The position numbers were made by a program, and so were the translations under genes. Shown one piece after another: positions 50,448-53,850 of a DNA stretch of 53,850 bases. Below the pieces are notes generated by a model that was not told the DNA's origin, made no database searches, and saw only the letters and a list, made by a program, of their open reading frames with translations. How positions within the stretch are numbered: the stretch's first letter is position 1; every line of letters begins with the position of its first letter. Location of the stretch: positions 10,971-64,820 of the forward strand of contig CAZHHU010000001.1 in NCBI GenBank assembly GCA_964532215.1. The letters are read 5' to 3'. This DNA is from an uncultured Geminicoccaceae bacterium. GTDB lineage: Bacteria; Pseudomonadota; Alphaproteobacteria; Geminicoccales; Geminicoccaceae.

Positions 50448-50951
50448 TCAGGCGCTTAGGGGCGCGCCTGCCTCCTCCTCGAGCATCGCGAGCGCGGTCC
50501 GCACCGCTTTGAGCCGGATCGCCGAACGGTCACCGGCAAACCGGTGCTCCGCGTGGCGCGTCGGCGCGCCGCGGCGGGCTACGGCGAAATGGACGAGTCC
50601 CACCGGCTTTGCGGGGGAGCCTCCGCCGGGTCCGGCGATACCCGTGATCGCGACGGCGAGATCGGCGCGCGCGCGGGTGAGCGCGCCTTCGGCCATCTCC
50701 CGGGCGACGCGTTCGCTCACCGCCCCTTCCCGCTCGAGGCTCGCGGGCCGCACCCCCAGCATGTCGATCTTGGCTGCGTTGCTGTAGGTCACGAAACCCC
50801 GGTCGACGACGTCGGACGCGCCCGCGATCTCGGTGAGAGAGGCGATCACGAGCCCGCCGGTGCAGGACTCGGCGGTGGCGATCCGCAGCCCGCGCTCGCG
50901 GCAGAGGGCGAGAAGACGCCTCGCGGCTGCACCCAGCTCGGGATCGAACAT
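50448..50951 (-). CDS. CinA-family protein (C-terminal PncC-type nicotinamide-nucleotide amidohydrolase domain)
   Basis: ORF 50448..50987, with the ATG at 50951, which avoids overlap with ispDF. IATAESCTGGL, VTYSNAAK, AITGIAGPGGG. Confidence 0.88.
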   Translation of the reverse strand: MFDPELGAAARRLLALCRERGLRIATAESCTGGLVIASLTEIAGASDVVDRGFVTYSNAAKIDMLGVRPASLEREGAVSERVAREMAEGALTRARADLAVAITGIAGPGGGSPAKPVGLVHFAVARRGAPTRHAEHRFAGDRSAIRLKAVRTALAMLEEEAGAPLSA

Positions 50952-50955
50952 GATC

Positions 50956-52125
50956 TCATTCCTCGAAGCTCGCGGTCGCCACCGCATGGGCCGCGATGCC
51001 TTCCTGCCTGCCGGTGAAGCCGAGCCCCTCGGTGGTCGTCGCCTTCACACTCACCGCCTCGCGGGGAAGCCCCAGGATCGCCGCGAGCCGCTCGCGCAGA
51101 CGTTCGCGGTGCGGGCCGATGCGGGGCCGCTCGCAGACGATGGTCACGTCGACATGCTCGAGGCGTCCGCCGCGCGCGCGCAGGAGATCGAGCGCGTGCT
51201 GGACGAAGGTCGCCGAATCGGCGTCCTTCCACCGCTCGTCCGCGGGCGGAAAGTGGCTGCCGATATCGCCGGCCGCCACCGTCGCGAGGATGGCGTCCGT
51301 GAGCGCATGGAGCGCGACATCGGCATCCGAGTGCCCGGCGAGTCCGTAGCTGTGGGCGAGCTCGACGCCGCACAGGCGCAGCCTGCGCCCGCGCGCGAAG
51401 GCGTGAACGTCGTAGCCGAAGCCGGTGCGGAATCGCCGCGCACGGCACTGCAGCCAGCGCTCGGCGCGGGCGAGATCCTCTTCGGTCGTGATCTTCATGT
51501 TCTCCTCCTCACCGGCCACGGCCACGACGGGGATCCCGGCCGCCCGCGCGACGCCCGCATCGTCGGTATGCCGGCCGCGCTCCGCCCGCCGGTGCGCCTC
51601 GAGAATGGAGCCGAAGTGAAAACCCTGCGGCGTCTGAACGCGCACGAGGCCGTCGCGCGCAACATCGGCACCGAGATGATCGTCCTCGAGGCGCCTCAGG
51701 GTATCGACGACCGGCAGCACCGGGACGGCTCCCTGTTCGCTCTGCAGCGCCGCGAGAACCCGGCCCGTGAGCCCGCGGCTCGCGAACGGCCGCGCGGCAT
51801 CGTGAATGAGCACGAGCCGCGGCGGCCGCTCGGCCTCCGCCTCGAGGCCGCGCCGCGCGCTCTCCTGCCGCGTGGCTCCACCTGCGACCGGTTCCGGCAG
51901 GCCGAGGTCGCCGACGCTCGCCTCGTAGAGCCCCCGATGCTCGGGAGCGATCACCACCCGCACGCGGTCGATCTGCGGATGCGCGAGCAGGTTTTCGACC
52001 GTGCGCCTGAGCACGGGCACGCCGGCGATGCACCGGTACTGTTTCGGTACGCCGCCGCCCATCCGGGTGCCGCATCCGGCCGCGAGTACGAGCGCGAGCC
52101 GCACGATCCCCTCCGCCTGCCCCAT
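50956..52125 (-). CDS. ispDF: bifunctional 2-C-methyl-D-erythritol 4-phosphate cytidylyltransferase / MEcPP synthase
   Basis: IspD: [26 protein letters not shown]. IspF: [33 protein letters not shown]. An alternative GTG start lies at 52104. Confidence 0.95.
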   Translation of the reverse strand: MGQAEGIVRLALVLAAGCGTRMGGGVPKQYRCIAGVPVLRRTVENLLAHPQIDRVRVVIAPEHRGLYEASVGDLGLPEPVAGGATRQESARRGLEAEAERPPRLVLIHDAARPFASRGLTGRVLAALQSEQGAVPVLPVVDTLRRLEDDHLGADVARDGLVRVQTPQGFHFGSILEAHRRAERGRHTDDAGVARAAGIPVVAVAGEEENMKITTEEDLARAERWLQCRARRFRTGFGYDVHAFARGRRLRLCGVELAHSYGLAGHSDADVALHALTDAILATVAAGDIGSHFPPADERWKDADSATFVQHALDLLRARGGRLEHVDVTIVCERPRIGPHRERLRERLAAILGLPREAVSVKATTTEGLGFTGRQEGIAAHAVATASFEE

Positions 52126-52175
52126 CCGCTGGCTATAGGGAGCCGGCCTCGCCCTGCCAAGGCCGGGGGAGCGCG

Positions 52176-53471
52176 TCAGGGGCGGATGTAGACGTCGATG
52201 TGCGATCCCTCCGCGGCGGGTTTCGCGGCCGCGGCCCGGATTTCGCCCGCCCCCGGGAAGATGATCCGATCCGGATCGATGCCGTGGCGGCGGATGAGAA
52301 CGCCCCGCACCCGCTGAACGCGGCGACGCGCGAGGTCCCGGTCATGCGGCGCGTCCGCGGCTTTGTCCTCCGGCTCCAGAATGCGCACCGAAGTCTCCGC
52401 GTGACGCTTGAGAACCGCCGCGAGCCGCGCCAGAGAGCGCAGGGATTCGGGCGTGAGCTGCCCGTCGCCCTCAGCGGCGAAACGGATCCCGTCGAGGATG
52501 CCGAACAGCCGGCCGGCCTCATCGCGGGCGAGCACGAGCTCCGGCGCCGTCGCCTCCGCACCGGCGGCCGGTTCGATGACTGCAAGCGGCAGCTCGCCGG
52601 TCGCGACGCCGTCCGCGGTCGCGGCATCTTCCGGTGCAGTCCGCGCCATGCGCGCGGATGCGGACGCAGACGGCCCGGCACCCGCTCCCGCGAGCGCCGC
52701 CTCCTCGTCCCCGACGACGGCCGCGAGCTCCTTGCGCAGACGCGCAAGCTGCGCGCCATGCCGTTCCACCCGGGCGCGGATCTCGGCGATACCGCGCGCG
52801 AGCTCCTGCCGCTCCCCGCGCATGGAAGCGAGCGTGCGAACGAGCTGTTCGTTCTCCGTCATCACGGCCGCAAGCTCGGTGGCGAAATCCTCGAGCTCGC
52901 GGAGCGCGCGCGTGACGACCGACCGCAGCTGCTCGCGCGCGCGCTCGAGCACGGCGATCCGGCTGCGCGATGCCCGAAGCTCTCTCTGGAGGGCCTCCCG
53001 CTCCCCTTTCAGGCGCTCGAGCTCGCTCTGCTGGGCATTCACCCTCGCCCGCAATGCGCCCTCCACCTTCCGCGTCCGCTCGAACTGCTGCTGGAGAGCC
53101 ATGAGGGCCTCCTCCTTGGCGTCGCGCTCCCGCCAGGCCTGCTGCAGACTGTTCGTGAGCTCCTCGATCTGGGCCGTGGCATCCTCCAGCCGCAGCCGCA
53201 GCTCGGCGCGCTCCTCCGCGAGCCGGCGCCGGAGCTTTCTGAGTTCGACGATGCGCGCCTTGGCCTGTTCGAGCTCTCCTACGAGAGCCTCGAGCCGGAC
53301 AGCCGGCTCCTTCCCGACTGCCACGCCCCCCTTTTTCCCACCTCGGGCGGAAGGCGCGGCCTCTTCGGCCCACACGGCCCCCGCGCCGACCGCAACGAGC
53401 AGCAGCGTGGCGATGCATGCCGCATTGCGGAGGCAGATCCTCGCGGACCCACCCGGACGGTGCGCTGACAT
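52176..53471 (-). CDS. exported long coiled-coil protein with OmpA-like C-terminal domain
   Basis: ORF 52176..53489. ATG at 53471 is preceded by GGGGGAGGGGG. Signal/anchor [17 protein letters not shown], then ~230 aa of heptad-like E/R/L/A repeats, an Ala/Gly linker, and an OmpA/MotB-like tail ([25 protein letters not shown]...[25 protein letters not shown]). Confidence 0.7.
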   Translation of the reverse strand: MSAHRPGGSARICLRNAACIATLLLVAVGAGAVWAEEAAPSARGGKKGGVAVGKEPAVRLEALVGELEQAKARIVELRKLRRRLAEERAELRLRLEDATAQIEELTNSLQQAWRERDAKEEALMALQQQFERTRKVEGALRARVNAQQSELERLKGEREALQRELRASRSRIAVLERAREQLRSVVTRALRELEDFATELAAVMTENEQLVRTLASMRGERQELARGIAEIRARVERHGAQLARLRKELAAVVGDEEAALAGAGAGPSASASARMARTAPEDAATADGVATGELPLAVIEPAAGAEATAPELVLARDEAGRLFGILDGIRFAAEGDGQLTPESLRSLARLAAVLKRHAETSVRILEPEDKAADAPHDRDLARRRVQRVRGVLIRRHGIDPDRIIFPGAGEIRAAAAKPAAEGSHIDVYIRP

Positions 53472-53611
53472 CACCCCCTCCCCCAACACGCATGGCGCGG
53501 CCCGTTGGTGAACATACGGATACCCGGGAGAAACCGTTGATACAAGTTCGAGGCCATACGCCGATACGTATGGTGGCGTCAGCCGGGGTCCGGCCGCAAT
53601 CCGCGCAGGCG

Positions 53612-53850
53612 TCAGTTCGCCGTGAGGACCGGCACTTCCGCCTGCGCCAGGATGTGACTCGTCGCGCCGCCGAAGATCATCTGACGCAGCCGGCTCTGGG
53701 TGTAGGCGCCCTTGACGAGAAGGTCGCCGCCGAGGCGCGCGGTCTCCTCGAGAATGGCCGCGCCCACGTTCCGCTCCCCGCGCGGCACGTGCACCGAGGT
53801 CACGGGCACGCCGTGGCGCTCGAGCGTGCGGGCGAGGGCGCTTCCCTCGG
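53612..53850 (-). CDS. universal stress protein (UspA family), C-terminal part; 5' end beyond the window
   Basis: The frame is open to the window edge (...EGSALARTLERHGVPVTSVHVPRGERNVGAAILEETARLGGDLLVKGAYTQSRLRQMIFGGATSHILAQAEVPVLTAN). Confidence 0.8.
   Translation of the reverse strand, partial: EGSALARTLERHGVPVTSVHVPRGERNVGAAILEETARLGGDLLVKGAYTQSRLRQMIFGGATSHILAQAEVPVLTAN

Noticed and set aside
53537-53573. A TTGAT half-site (FNR/FixK-like) and a 7-bp inverted repeat CCATACG-N6-CGTATGG upstream of the coiled-coil OmpA-like gene.
   Set aside because: Only one half of the TTGAT-N4-ATCAA consensus is present. The inverted repeat is short and I could not link it to a promoter with confidence.

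Overview
This 53.85-kb window is very GC-rich, with G/C at almost every third codon position. It is densely coding, and its gene order is typical of an alphaproteobacterial chromosome. All product calls come from motif recognition in the supplied translations, because no database search was possible. Many start codons were moved downstream of the ORF-track start to a site with a visible Shine-Dalgarno sequence or a 4-nt stop/start overlap. Most genes are housekeeping: yceD-plsX-fabH, rpmF, nth, rpsD, cobS/cobA, a TRAP transporter (dctPQM), tatABC-serS-surE-nlpD, hslVU, tpiA-secG, pyrG-kdsA-eno-ftsB, pdhA-pdhB-pdhC-lpdA-lipA, ispDF and one tRNA-Ala(CGC). I found no rRNA, CRISPR array, transposase, integrase or phage genes. 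Two regions stand out. (1) Between fabH and rpmF (7756..13935) lies an accessory-looking same-strand cluster. It holds a second, E3-less 2-oxoacid dehydrogenase (E1alpha/E1beta/E2), a periplasmic PQQ alcohol dehydrogenase with the Asp-x-Asp signature of lanthanide-dependent enzymes, and a MoxJ/XoxJ-like binding protein fused to a c-type cytochrome domain. (2) The longest non-coding gap (22958..23265) holds, on the minus strand, an orphan promoter, a C/U-rich anti-Shine-Dalgarno tract and a strong intrinsic terminator. This looks like a ~100-nt trans-acting sRNA. An 18-nt box at its promoter recurs with one mismatch at the promoter of the phasin gene 13 kb away, which suggests a shared PhaR/AniA-type circuit linked to PHB metabolism. 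I did not recognise a clear-cut, entirely new multi-gene system, and the long antisense ORFs in the track look like GC-bias artefacts.
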